Source of the DNA: a virus
Virus record (IMG/VR): IMGVR_UViG_3300022602_000001
DNA: 64,000 nt
Reading direction: 5' to 3' (one strand)
Below the pieces are notes generated by a model. It searched no databases and was not told where the DNA came from. It saw only the letters and a program-made list of their open reading frames with translations. Shown in pieces: positions 48,217-58,264 of this stretch (the stretch's first letter is position 1; each line of letters begins with the position of its first letter). The position numbers and the translations under genes were made by a program.

Positions 48217-50106
48217 ATGCCATTAGTAGATTTAAAGACAAAATTGAAGGACCTTAAGTTTGGATCTGACAGGGCAATGGGAGGAAGCTCAGGCCAACCG
48301 TATGTGAAGTTCCAGAGCCCTGACAGCGTTCCGACTCAGTTGATTGCGGACTTTTGGCAGAGCACAAGGGATGGGCTGGACTACCCAATAAGGGGATCCA
48401 GCGTATTTGGAGCAGGAGGAATCATGAGCACTCCCAACGGGGAGATCGACAGGCAGAGGATTGGAGAATTTTTGAGGGACTCACCAAGAGGATACACTTT
48501 TGTGCAGAAGCAGATCGGGCTGCAGAAGTCCAATCCACGCATGGAAACAGGAATTCCAAACAGCACATTGACAAATATTCAAAGCATTGTTGGATCGATC
48601 GACAACATAATTCCTGGTGTGAATCTTGGAATAGGAAGGACAATAAATTCTTACATAAACGACTCTTTTACTTTCAATGGAGCTGGAGGAAACAACCAAA
48701 TTTATAACAATGGGAGGAACACCCTAGCGCAGGTTGCATCGTCTGGTACGGGCACTCACATTCCCTACGGGGGATTGGCTCCCTACGACTTAAACGCGCA
48801 GTACTACGTCGACACAGTAGGGCAGCAAATTGGGCTGGGAGTGGACGCAAGCAAGTACAACAGGCTCCTCCTCCTTCAGCAGAGCAAGTTGATCTTGGAC
48901 AATTCAAGCAATCAGACTTCGTTGCTTTCATACGAGGCAGTCAACCTTGGAATATCTCCAAGAGATTTTGTTTTGTTTGACTACCCAGGCGGGCCTGGAT
49001 CTACCTATGGAATAGGAAACACAGTGATCAACAGAGCAGTAGACAGCTCAGAGGCGTACGGCATGACCCAGGATGGATCAACCCAGCAGCTGTTTCCCAA
49101 CGTGTTCACAATGACGTACTCTCAGATTGCTGGGATGGAGAGCAACACACCAGGAGTTCTTTCTGGAAACGGAAAGGACAGAAATTCTACCATACTCTAT
49201 GACTTCAGGGACCTCACTGGAGCTCCCAAAGGCAGCAGTACGTGGACAAAGCAGCAGGGGGTGGACTACAGGTTCTACAGCAGTGGAGTGGACAACATGA
49301 ACAGCGCAATACTAAAGAGCTTGACGGCGGACGATCCGTTCAGCAACATAAGCCAGGGCTCTCCTGACGACATAATAAAGTTTGGGTTTGAGTGTATGAG
49401 CAATGACTTCCCAGGACAGTCCGTTCCTCTTCTGTTCAGGGCCTTTCTGATCAATGGAATAAATGACTCAAACACAGGCGAGTGGAGCTCATTTAAGTAC
49501 ATGGGAAGAGGGGAGACGTTCTACACCTACCAGGGATTCACAAGGCAGATATCGTTTGCTTTCAAGGTAGTTGTGTTTTCCCAGGACGAGCTGCAGCCAC
49601 TATACAACAAGCTGAACTACTTGGTTTCACAGGTGTATCCAGACTACTCAAACGACGGCTACATGAGAGCTCCACTGGTGAAGGTGACCATAGGGGACTA
49701 CCTGTATCGTGTGCCGGGAGTGCTTGAGAGCGTCAACGTGACGGTGGACAACAGCTCCCCATGGGAGCTCCAAGGCTACGACTCTGGGAGCGTGGCCCAG
49801 CTTCCAAAGATGCTGGACGTTGCAGTGTCCTTCAAGCCAATATTTGACGAGCTGCCAAGGAGGTCGGTGACCGGAGTTGACTCTATTGTGGTGGGATCTG
49901 CAATAACGGGAAGAAGGGGATTTTTGAACATCACAAGCGGAAGCATTGTAAAAACTGTAGAAAGACCCCCCATAAACGCGTCTCCAACAGCGGGCCCAAC
50001 CAGCCTTCCTCCGGCCAATGAGCTGCAAATACCGGTATCTCCTCCAGTGCCTAAGAAGTACCAGATGGTTCCAAAAAGGGGACACTGGGTTCCTCCTGGC
50101 TCTTAA
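48217..50106 (+). CDS. Baseplate/tube-initiator-like protein
   Basis: FRAF...W...YMGRGE.FYTYQGFTR.ISF; MRAPLVKVTIGD. Confidence 0.65.
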   Translation: MPLVDLKTKLKDLKFGSDRAMGGSSGQPYVKFQSPDSVPTQLIADFWQSTRDGLDYPIRGSSVFGAGGIMSTPNGEIDRQRIGEFLRDSPRGYTFVQKQIGLQKSNPRMETGIPNSTLTNIQSIVGSIDNIIPGVNLGIGRTINSYINDSFTFNGAGGNNQIYNNGRNTLAQVASSGTGTHIPYGGLAPYDLNAQYYVDTVGQQIGLGVDASKYNRLLLLQQSKLILDNSSNQTSLLSYEAVNLGISPRDFVLFDYPGGPGSTYGIGNTVINRAVDSSEAYGMTQDGSTQQLFPNVFTMTYSQIAGMESNTPGVLSGNGKDRNSTILYDFRDLTGAPKGSSTWTKQQGVDYRFYSSGVDNMNSAILKSLTADDPFSNISQGSPDDIIKFGFECMSNDFPGQSVPLLFRAFLINGINDSNTGEWSSFKYMGRGETFYTYQGFTRQISFAFKVVVFSQDELQPLYNKLNYLVSQVYPDYSNDGYMRAPLVKVTIGDYLYRVPGVLESVNVTVDNSSPWELQGYDSGSVAQLPKMLDVAVSFKPIFDELPRRSVTGVDSIVVGSAITGRRGFLNITSGSIVKTVERPPINASPTAGPTSLPPANELQIPVSPPVPKKYQMVPKRGHWVPPGS

Positions 50107-50123
50107 AAAGAAAACAATAAACA

Positions 50124-50432
50124 ATGTTTAACAGATACCAGACCATACCGATACAGAAGGACCAGGCCAGCGGCAGCAGATTCTTTGCAAACGCGGTTTA
50201 TCCCGACATAGAAGTGTCAGACAACGACCTCTACGTAATAACAACCCTGGGAGACAGGTTGGACGTGCTGTCTCAGAGCTACTACGGAGACGTTGACTTT
50301 TGGTGGGTGATAGCTTCGGCAAACTCTCTCACTGGGGACTCTCTGTTCCCTCCCGTCGGTGTGCAGCTCAGAATTCCCACCAATTTGGCCAGCATAGTAA
50401 ACAGTTACAAACAAATAAACTACACGAGGTAA
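50124..50432 (+). CDS. LysM-like baseplate wedge protein (gp53/gpX-like)
   Basis: GDRLDVLSQSYYGD..WWVIASAN...G.QLRIP. Confidence 0.85.
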   Translation: MFNRYQTIPIQKDQASGSRFFANAVYPDIEVSDNDLYVITTLGDRLDVLSQSYYGDVDFWWVIASANSLTGDSLFPPVGVQLRIPTNLASIVNSYKQINYTR

Positions 50433-50433
50433 T

Positions 50434-53400
50434 ATGGACGCAGGAATGGACAATAAAATATCCAACGTTCTTGGGAAGGCGCTCCCCCAGTGGCTTAAGA
50501 ATCAGTTGGGAACAAGAATAAAGGCCAACACACAGTCCAGCAGGAACGATGAAAATATTCTCTACTTGGGAAACAGAACGGCCTGGGTCAGGCTGGTGTC
50601 CTCGATCGATCTTTCCAAAAACGGCAATCTTTCCAGCAACGACATAGACTACTTTAAAAACACTTTGGGCATAGAAGACATAAAAGAGCCGGCAGACCTG
50701 TCCAAGAAGTTCGTTCTTTTTGGAGGCACCTCTCAGTACCTGAAATCAGACCAAGGAAAGTTGAGGTCTGGACTGGGCAGAGACGGATCGTACGGAATTA
50801 TGGGAGAAGAAGAAATAAAAAAATACGGCTACAGGCCCATGCCAGGGATAACTGACGCAAAGATAGAGACTCAGGGAAGGTTGGGATCACTGAAGATGGC
50901 CACCATAAATTTCAAAGTCTGGGACAGAATGCAGCTGGACGTGATCGACGCTCTGTACTTCAAGCTGGGTTACACCATGCTACTTGAGTGGGGGCACACG
51001 GTGTACTACACCACAGATCAAAAGACTGCAGACATAAATTACAACTACTCTGAGTTCAACGCAATAGATCCATTTATCAATAATCTGTCAAAGGAGACCA
51101 TCAATTTGATGATAGCGCAGAAATCGAGGCAGTCTGAGGGAAACTACGACGGCATGCTTGGGGTCGTGACCAACTTCAACTTTTCTTACAACCAGGAAGG
51201 TGGATACGACTGCACCCTAAAAATAATAGGCCTTGGATCAATAGGAGACACCCTAAAAATAAACAATCCGGGAAACTTGCCGGATTTTGTCAGAGCTCAG
51301 TTAAAGCTGTACATAGAGACCCTGACTAAAGCAAAGATAGCAGAGGAGGAGAAGAAGATGAATGATCAAATTTCCGCCCAAGAAAAAAATTTAACAGACA
51401 CTCTTAATAATCAATTGGCTGCTGTAACGGGAATATCTTACTCTGAAAAAATAAAGCAACTACAAGAAGCTGGAAAAAATATAGACTACATAAATACATC
51501 AGATCAAGAAAATACAGCACACACCATTGATAAAAAAATAAACGACTCTAATATAGATTCTGCTATAGAAAAAAATTTATTAACTATACAGACAATTTAT
51601 GAAGTATTTGCTTTTCCTAAATTTAAAAAAATTCTTATTGCAGGAGACGATAATTTAAAAAATGCAACAGTCAAAGTTGATTTAACTGCTGCAAATAAGT
51701 TTTTTTTATCAGATAATGGCGTTCAAGATTATTTACCGTATAATCCACTTGTAAATTATCCAGGTTACAAGAATGAACCATATAATAGATTTAAAGAAAC
51801 GAATGATGATTTTTATTATAGCAAAATAACATATGAAGATAAAAATAAAATTCAATACAGTGTAGGTGTTACTGTACCAAATAAATTAAAAAAAGACGGT
51901 TATGTGAATATAGATTTATTTAAAAATTCTAGTTTCACAAATTTTTATGAAAGTAATATTCCGTATATTGTATATGGAGTAAGAGATAAAATATTTGCTT
52001 CATTGTTTGATAGCGAGGATTGGAATTTTGATTTAGACGGAAAAAAAAATTACGATGGTACTCAATACTCATTATACAATGTTGTAGACACATACAATTA
52101 TTCTAAATATGATGCAAATACGTTTACACATTATGATGTCAATCTATCATATCGTAAAATTAAATTTACTTTATATAAAAAGCTAACAATAACAGTACCA
52201 AGAGTAGGCAAAAAAGATACAGAAACAAAAGATCGTATTTCAGGAATAGTAAATGGAATTAAAGGAGTAACTGAGGAAAATGTGCAATTTGATTTATATG
52301 TCGGTCTTACATTTGATGATGCAGCATTAATTACAAATATTCAGCAAAATATAGATGGTTATAAAACAAAAGAAGCTGAACAAATACAAATACAACAAGA
52401 TTTAAAGAATCAAATAAAACAACTGGAAGATAAAAAAAACCAGCCTCCTGAAGCCCCAGATCAACAGGCAACAGACGCGCAACTGGACTCGTCTTTGAAC
52501 TACCAGTCCAATTTGGAGCTTGCAATAAAAGCGGTGGAACTGTACGCCCTTTCCACGTCGATAAGGTCTAGAGGAGGTAAATTAGACTTGAACAACAGCG
52601 TGTACAGCTACTCACTTTCTAAGGATAGTAACAAAGACGGATTTTTTAAAAAACTAATGGAAAAAAGTATTTTTGGAGGTATTTTTCAAGATCTTTTTGT
52701 GGGTGGAATAAATGACGACAATAATTTTGGTATTGAGGATTCTTACGTAAGTAATTTGATAAACGCCACCGAAAATATAAAGTTCAGGGTATTTTCAAAG
52801 TACGGATTCAACAGCGCGCTGATGGGAGGAAAGACTGCTGCATTTGGCTCGAATAAATCTTTTTTGGTGCACTCTGTGGACTACGGGGAGCTCACCACAG
52901 TTTACGTGGTTCCATACACAATAAATGACACCGGAGACGGAGGCACTCAAATAGTGCATCCTGTGTACTTGCAGCTTGGGTTTGTTCTTATGCTGATAAA
53001 CTCAATGGCAGTCATATACGAGTCGGACTCACATCCAGAAAGTGATGCAAAAAGCACGACCTCTAAACCACTGGTCTATGTGGACTTCAATCCAGAAACA
53101 AACCGCTGCTTCACAAACTCCTTGCAGTTCAGCACAAATCCTCTAAACTTTTTAATTCCAATACAGGCAACTTTAAGCGACTACAAGACTCTTTTTGGCA
53201 AAAACACATTGGACAGTGATTCAATAAAAGCGCCTCAAAGCGGATCCACTAGTCCACTGTACGATCCAGCAAAAGAAGCGAACATATTTTCAGGAGTTGG
53301 CCTTCCAAAGTTTAGGGAAGGAGGCGCTGCTGGGGCTTACAGCGGAAAGACCATGAAGATGCTTGTGAGCTGCGAGTACCTGCTGGGGCTGGTGAGCAGC

Positions 53401-54846
53401 TTTGCAGACAAGAATTCATTGAACAAGGTGTACCTCAGGCCGTTTTTGGACCAATTGGTGTCGGACATAAATAAGTACTTGGGAGCCATGAACGTTTTTA
53501 GGGTGTCATACGATGATTCTTCCAACTGCTTTTCCATCGTTGACGACCAAACGCAGCCGCTGTTACCATCAGAGGTTGTTGTAACTTCAAAATTGAACGA
53601 CCAAATACCCGTGTATGGAAAAGATTCATTGGCAAAGTCTCTGAACATACAGACGGATATATCTACAAACCTTTCCAACATGATTGCGGTGTCTGCCAAT
53701 TCCCATCCAAGCGACCAATCAGCAAACTCAACAAACGCCAGCAGCTTTGGATTCATAAACAACTCCTACACTGATAGGTACGTGCCTGTCAGAAAGGATC
53801 TTACTGCTGACGAAATAAAACAAAATAATGATAATCAGGAGAGTATTGAAAAAAAGAATTTGGACTCTACTCTGAGATCAGAACAAAAGTTCAACGAGGC
53901 AATAAGGCAGTTCTACGGAAAACTGACCGTCAACAAAGACGATATTAATCAGGCAACTAGCTACTACATAGAAAAAATAACAAAGATTAATAACAACGAT
54001 ACTAGTCCAACAAGGGCGTCTGCAATGATACCCGTGTCAGTCAACTTCACAACAGAAGGAATATCAGGATTCAACATGGGCCACGCTTTTACCCTCCCAC
54101 CAGAGGTGCTTCCCTACACGTACACTGCAAGAAACACCCCTTACTTGAGTAAAACAACAGGAATAGGAGCGTCTGACACAAAGGTGGCATTTGTTGTGAC
54201 GGGACTCAGCCACAACCTTCAGAACAACATGTGGGACACGGCCATCAAAGGAAACATGATACTCATAAAGGATCAAAGTGTGTACTCAGAAGGAAAAATA
54301 AATACAGAGTACAGCTCCACCGTCATAGTAAAACCTGCAACTGAAGAAGAAAAAGCTAATCTTGATAAAGTTAATACGCAATCTGATTACTCTAATTATC
54401 CAACTGCCACTGAAGTGAATTCATATAAAAACACTCTATTTGTAGACGGGCCCATGGGGCAGGCTCTTAGTGACTTTACAATTGGCAAAATTGACACAAA
54501 ATTATTGGATGATGTTGACGCTGCAGCCAAAGCAGCTGGAGTCAAAGTCACAATAACCACAGCCTTCACAGGACATGAATCATACACAACCGCTGGAAAT
54601 TATAGCAGGCACCAATTTAACGGAATTGCACGCGCGGTTGACATAGCAATAATAGACAAAAAGCCAGTAAATAAAAAAAATACTTCAGCTATTGAATTTA
54701 TGAAAAAATTGATTGGATTAGGTTATCAGTACAACGTTCCTGAAAGCGGAAGACCCAAAGTTGTTTTGGGGCCAGGTTTTGACGGAACGCCTGATTTTCC
54801 TAATCACGGAACTCACGTGCACGTATCCTATAGAGACGATCTTTAA
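50434..54846 (+). CDS. Baseplate hub protein with C-terminal M15-like Zn peptidase
   Basis: RPMPGI, LLEWGH, GNYDGMLG hub motifs; C-terminal SRH...AVDI...HVHVS. Confidence 0.7.
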   Translation: MDAGMDNKISNVLGKALPQWLKNQLGTRIKANTQSSRNDENILYLGNRTAWVRLVSSIDLSKNGNLSSNDIDYFKNTLGIEDIKEPADLSKKFVLFGGTSQYLKSDQGKLRSGLGRDGSYGIMGEEEIKKYGYRPMPGITDAKIETQGRLGSLKMATINFKVWDRMQLDVIDALYFKLGYTMLLEWGHTVYYTTDQKTADINYNYSEFNAIDPFINNLSKETINLMIAQKSRQSEGNYDGMLGVVTNFNFSYNQEGGYDCTLKIIGLGSIGDTLKINNPGNLPDFVRAQLKLYIETLTKAKIAEEEKKMNDQISAQEKNLTDTLNNQLAAVTGISYSEKIKQLQEAGKNIDYINTSDQENTAHTIDKKINDSNIDSAIEKNLLTIQTIYEVFAFPKFKKILIAGDDNLKNATVKVDLTAANKFFLSDNGVQDYLPYNPLVNYPGYKNEPYNRFKETNDDFYYSKITYEDKNKIQYSVGVTVPNKLKKDGYVNIDLFKNSSFTNFYESNIPYIVYGVRDKIFASLFDSEDWNFDLDGKKNYDGTQYSLYNVVDTYNYSKYDANTFTHYDVNLSYRKIKFTLYKKLTITVPRVGKKDTETKDRISGIVNGIKGVTEENVQFDLYVGLTFDDAALITNIQQNIDGYKTKEAEQIQIQQDLKNQIKQLEDKKNQPPEAPDQQATDAQLDSSLNYQSNLELAIKAVELYALSTSIRSRGGKLDLNNSVYSYSLSKDSNKDGFFKKLMEKSIFGGIFQDLFVGGINDDNNFGIEDSYVSNLINATENIKFRVFSKYGFNSALMGGKTAAFGSNKSFLVHSVDYGELTTVYVVPYTINDTGDGGTQIVHPVYLQLGFVLMLINSMAVIYESDSHPESDAKSTTSKPLVYVDFNPETNRCFTNSLQFSTNPLNFLIPIQATLSDYKTLFGKNTLDSDSIKAPQSGSTSPLYDPAKEANIFSGVGLPKFREGGAAGAYSGKTMKMLVSCEYLLGLVSSFADKNSLNKVYLRPFLDQLVSDINKYLGAMNVFRVSYDDSSNCFSIVDDQTQPLLPSEVVVTSKLNDQIPVYGKDSLAKSLNIQTDISTNLSNMIAVSANSHPSDQSANSTNASSFGFINNSYTDRYVPVRKDLTADEIKQNNDNQESIEKKNLDSTLRSEQKFNEAIRQFYGKLTVNKDDINQATSYYIEKITKINNNDTSPTRASAMIPVSVNFTTEGISGFNMGHAFTLPPEVLPYTYTARNTPYLSKTTGIGASDTKVAFVVTGLSHNLQNNMWDTAIKGNMILIKDQSVYSEGKINTEYSSTVIVKPATEEEKANLDKVNTQSDYSNYPTATEVNSYKNTLFVDGPMGQALSDFTIGKIDTKLLDDVDAAAKAAGVKVTITTAFTGHESYTTAGNYSRHQFNGIARAVDIAIIDKKPVNKKNTSAIEFMKKLIGLGYQYNVPESGRPKVVLGPGFDGTPDFPNHGTHVHVSYRDDL

Positions 54847-54865
54847 AAGTGAAAAATAATCAACA

Positions 54866-55498
54866 ATGCCGATAAGATACTACCCGTCATTTAGGATAAG
54901 AAAGAACTTGAAAACCAACGGAGGTGAGCTGTCCCTGAACGGAGAGCCGTACTCTGGCCCCTACTATGTGACCTTTTCTGGAGAAATTTTTAGTGGCCCC
55001 GATCCGATCACTGGCCCCAACGAGCCCCTCGAGAGTATGAACGACTACGCTCAGGAGTCCGTCGGCCTGCAGTCAATTGGGGGCAGCAGGCAGTTTGTGA
55101 AGCAGATGGTCTCAGCAACAAAGAATGCATCTACAAAGCCGAAGCCCCTTGTGTCTCATTTTCCAAATCCAATAAAGAACGACTACGACCTTGGGTACAT
55201 AGACAGGTACTTTGCCAAGCAGATAAATAACAAAGGGTACATAACTGAGATCTCCCCACAGCAGTACACCGACATAAAGAACGGAGCAGTGGGCTACGAC
55301 GTGTCGATAATACAGGCCATCAGCATCAGGTGGAAGCTCACCGGCCCCCTCAACGCAGTTAGGATAAGCCAGTTCGACGTGAGGGCCGGAATAGTGGACA
55401 CAAACAAGAGGCTGGTAGAGGCCGCAAACCCAAACTTCTTTGGGCTGGTCGAGTTCATCGGAGGAAACTACTCAAAATTTGCAAGGCCAACTCAATAG
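54866..55498 (+). CDS. Conserved hypothetical baseplate-region protein
   Basis: TNGGE..YSGPYY, DY..GYIDRYF, IRWKLTGP. Confidence 0.65.
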   Translation: MPIRYYPSFRIRKNLKTNGGELSLNGEPYSGPYYVTFSGEIFSGPDPITGPNEPLESMNDYAQESVGLQSIGGSRQFVKQMVSATKNASTKPKPLVSHFPNPIKNDYDLGYIDRYFAKQINNKGYITEISPQQYTDIKNGAVGYDVSIIQAISIRWKLTGPLNAVRISQFDVRAGIVDTNKRLVEAANPNFFGLVEFIGGNYSKFARPTQ

Positions 55499-55527
55499 TT
55501 TTATTTCATTTTGTAAAAATAGTGTCG

Positions 55528-55535
55528 TACTTTTG
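55528..55535 (+). promoter_or_regulatory. Possible Bacteroidota-type -7 promoter element
   Basis: TACTTTTG fits TAnnTTTG, 21 nt upstream of the polymerase start; -33 spacing is not canonical. Confidence 0.4.
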
Positions 55536-55556
55536 TAGTCAATAAAGGTTACAAAC

Positions 55557-56867
55557 ATGTACTTCATAGTAGAAACAGAAGAACAGCTTGCAAGGATGTC
55601 CACTGCGGAGGAGTGTTTTGTTCATCTTGTATCGGGGAATGACCTCTGCCACCCAAAGCTGTCTTACCCTAGCCTGATCTACTACCACAACGGCAGTAAG
55701 GGGTACATAATGCCCGTGAAGCACTCGGAGGCATTCTCTCTTGGCCTTGATCTAATCGTTGACTTCCTATCAAAGCACGATCGGGTGTACATGGTGGACA
55801 AGAAGTACCACTCATATTTCTTTGATCTACCCAACACCATAGACGTAAATTTTGCCTGCATAGACAGAAACAACTCATACGAACCCAAGGACTGCAGCAC
55901 TAGACTTCACTCAAACTACTACTCCAAATTCTTCCGACTGAAGGGAGTCAACGAAATAATACCCATATCAAAGCACTACGAGAAGTGCCAGTGCCTGTAC
56001 GACTCAGTGAAGCATGCACTTGGTATGGAGTCCAATTTAGAATTCCAGAATGAGATGATTGCCGCGTACAGGAGCGTTGAAGAGAATCCAATTTTCATAG
56101 ATGCAGAAAAGTTTAAAAAGAAGTTCACTCTACATCAGGATCTTCATTCTAGGGTAGAAGACTCTGTGTACTCATACTACAACCTGTACAACCTTACCGG
56201 CCGGCCGACCAACTCGTTCAACGGGCTGAATTTTTTGGCAGTGCCAAAGGATCCAGAGTTCAGGGAGTGCTTTGTTTCAAAGAATGGGTACCTGGTTGAG
56301 TTCGACTTTGACGCGTACCATCTTAGGCTCATAGGAAACATGGTGGGCTACGACTGGGGAGCGGAGTCCGTGCACGCTCAGCTCGGAAGGCACTATTTCT
56401 GCAAGGGCGTCCTGACCCAAGAGGAGTACCAGGAGTCAAAGTCAATGACTTTTAAACAGCTGTACGGTGGGGTTGACGAGCGGCACAGGCGCATAGAGTT
56501 CTTTGCAAAGATGGACGACTTTGCGCAGGACCTGTGGAACAGCTACAAAAAGCAGGGAGCAGTTGCACTTCCCAGCGGCAGAGTGATAAAGTGGTCGGAG
56601 GACATGAGCAAGTACAAACTGTTCAACTACCTAGTGCAGAATAAGGAGACCGTGGTCAACACGAAAAAGATAAACAGTATAAACCACTACCTCAAGCAAA
56701 ACGGCATGAAGACGAGCCTCCTATTAATAACCTATGATGCTTTTCTGTTTGACTTCAGTCCAGAAGACGGAAAGCAGGCTCTTTTGAGCATAAAGGAGAT
56801 TCTTGAGGAGGGCGGCATGGTGGTGAGGCACAAATACGGAAGAGACTACTCATTTTCATCTCAATAA
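55557..56867 (+). CDS. Compact family A DNA polymerase-like protein
   Basis: TGRPTN, NFLAVPK, motif A EFDFDAYHLRL, motif B KSMTFKQLYG, NYLVQ, motif C TYDAFL. Confidence 0.8.
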   Translation: MYFIVETEEQLARMSTAEECFVHLVSGNDLCHPKLSYPSLIYYHNGSKGYIMPVKHSEAFSLGLDLIVDFLSKHDRVYMVDKKYHSYFFDLPNTIDVNFACIDRNNSYEPKDCSTRLHSNYYSKFFRLKGVNEIIPISKHYEKCQCLYDSVKHALGMESNLEFQNEMIAAYRSVEENPIFIDAEKFKKKFTLHQDLHSRVEDSVYSYYNLYNLTGRPTNSFNGLNFLAVPKDPEFRECFVSKNGYLVEFDFDAYHLRLIGNMVGYDWGAESVHAQLGRHYFCKGVLTQEEYQESKSMTFKQLYGGVDERHRRIEFFAKMDDFAQDLWNSYKKQGAVALPSGRVIKWSEDMSKYKLFNYLVQNKETVVNTKKINSINHYLKQNGMKTSLLLITYDAFLFDFSPEDGKQALLSIKEILEEGGMVVRHKYGRDYSFSSQ

Positions 56868-56892
56868 TTAATATTTATAAGTAATAGCAGTT

Positions 56893-57333
56893 ATGGAAAA
56901 TTTAAAGTTGATAGAACTAACACCGGAAGACATAATGAACAAATTATTTTGCAGCTTCACTCCAAAGGAGGAATTGGACGAGAGGCTGCAGGAAATAAAC
57001 AGAGAGTACAAGATAATGTACGGAAAGATATTCGTGCTGGAGTCCCTAGACTCAGACGAGTACATGTGCACCTACAACATAGAGATAGAGTCTTCCATCA
57101 CCAGAGTTCTTAAGAACACAATCCTTCTTCACAGAAAAAAGGAATCAAACACCCTGTACACCATAAATGCACTCAACACGCTGATCAGGTCCCTGAACGA
57201 CGGAGTGCTGGACACCAAGTACATGATCAACTGGATGGACTACAAGAACTCAGTGCTCCTGACCCAGGGCAGTGAACTGAGAAAATTGGACACTGCAATC
57301 CACAGGATAGTAAATGTGTCACTTGATTTTTAA
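56893..57333 (+). CDS. Conserved hypothetical protein
   Basis: NKLFCSF, HRKKESNTLYTINALN; ATATTTAT upstream. Confidence 0.7.
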   Translation: MENLKLIELTPEDIMNKLFCSFTPKEELDERLQEINREYKIMYGKIFVLESLDSDEYMCTYNIEIESSITRVLKNTILLHRKKESNTLYTINALNTLIRSLNDGVLDTKYMINWMDYKNSVLLTQGSELRKLDTAIHRIVNVSLDF

Positions 57334-57393
57334 ATTTTTTATCTTCAATTTGATTCCTTAGATTTCAATCATTAACTAAAACAACACAGAGTT

Positions 57394-58221
57394 ATGGATT
57401 TATCAGCATTAAAGAGCCGTTTGGCGGCTCTACAAAATCCTCGTGCTGGCCAGGGTGGGGAGACAGCAAAGACCCTATGGTCCCCATCGGTCGGAAAGCA
57501 CCTGGTGCGCCTAGTTCCGTCTGCGTACAACAAGTCAAACCCATTCAAGGAGCTGTTCTTCTACTACGGCATCGGCAACAAAAACGCAATGATTGCACTG
57601 ACAAACTTTGGCGAAAAGGACCCCATTGTGGAGTTCTGCCAAGGATTGAGAAGGTCCTCAGTGAAAGAGGACTGGCAGCTTGCAAGAAAATTGGAGCCAA
57701 AGATGAGGGTGTACGCACCTGTAATCGTCAGAGGGGAGGAAGAGCTTGGAGTGGTTCTTTGGGGATTTGGCAAGCAGGTGTACATGGACCTGTTGGCGCT
57801 GGTTGAGGACGAGGACGTGGGCGACTTCACTGACCCAGTTCAGGGCCGCGACATAACGATAGACGTGCTAGGCAAAGAGAGCACAGGCCTGAACTACAAC
57901 ACGTCGAGCATAAGGGTGAAGACCAAGGTGACCCCACTGTCGTCGGATCCAGCAAAGATGAAATTATGGCTCAGCACTCAGCCTGACCCAATGACCCAAT
58001 TTAGGAAGTACACGTACGACGAGATGAAGAGCACTCTGATGGCCCACTTGAACCCAGAAGAGGAGGCTCCAGCAGCTCCTGCCTCCCCTGAAATCAAGGA
58101 AGAGGGCATCGGCGACCTTCCTTGGGAAAAAGAACCACCCAAGTCCAAAAACCAGTTCTCTTTGAGCACGTCAAAAACAGACATAGACTCAAAGATAGAC
58201 GAACTTTTCAAATTTGACTAA
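57394..58221 (+). CDS. Single-stranded DNA-binding protein (gp32-like)
   Basis: DPIVEF, LWGFGKQVY, DFTDPVQGRDI; acidic C-terminus; upstream of RecA. Confidence 0.85.
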   Translation: MDLSALKSRLAALQNPRAGQGGETAKTLWSPSVGKHLVRLVPSAYNKSNPFKELFFYYGIGNKNAMIALTNFGEKDPIVEFCQGLRRSSVKEDWQLARKLEPKMRVYAPVIVRGEEELGVVLWGFGKQVYMDLLALVEDEDVGDFTDPVQGRDITIDVLGKESTGLNYNTSSIRVKTKVTPLSSDPAKMKLWLSTQPDPMTQFRKYTYDEMKSTLMAHLNPEEEAPAAPASPEIKEEGIGDLPWEKEPPKSKNQFSLSTSKTDIDSKIDELFKFD

Positions 58222-58226
58222 CAAAC

Positions 58227-58251
58227 AAAGCCCTCAAAAGAGGGCTTTTTT
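58227..58251 (+). terminator. Rho-independent terminator after SSB
   Basis: AAAGCCCTC-AAAA-GAGGGCTTT plus T run. Confidence 0.85.
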
Positions 58252-58264
58252 AACGTTAAAAAAG

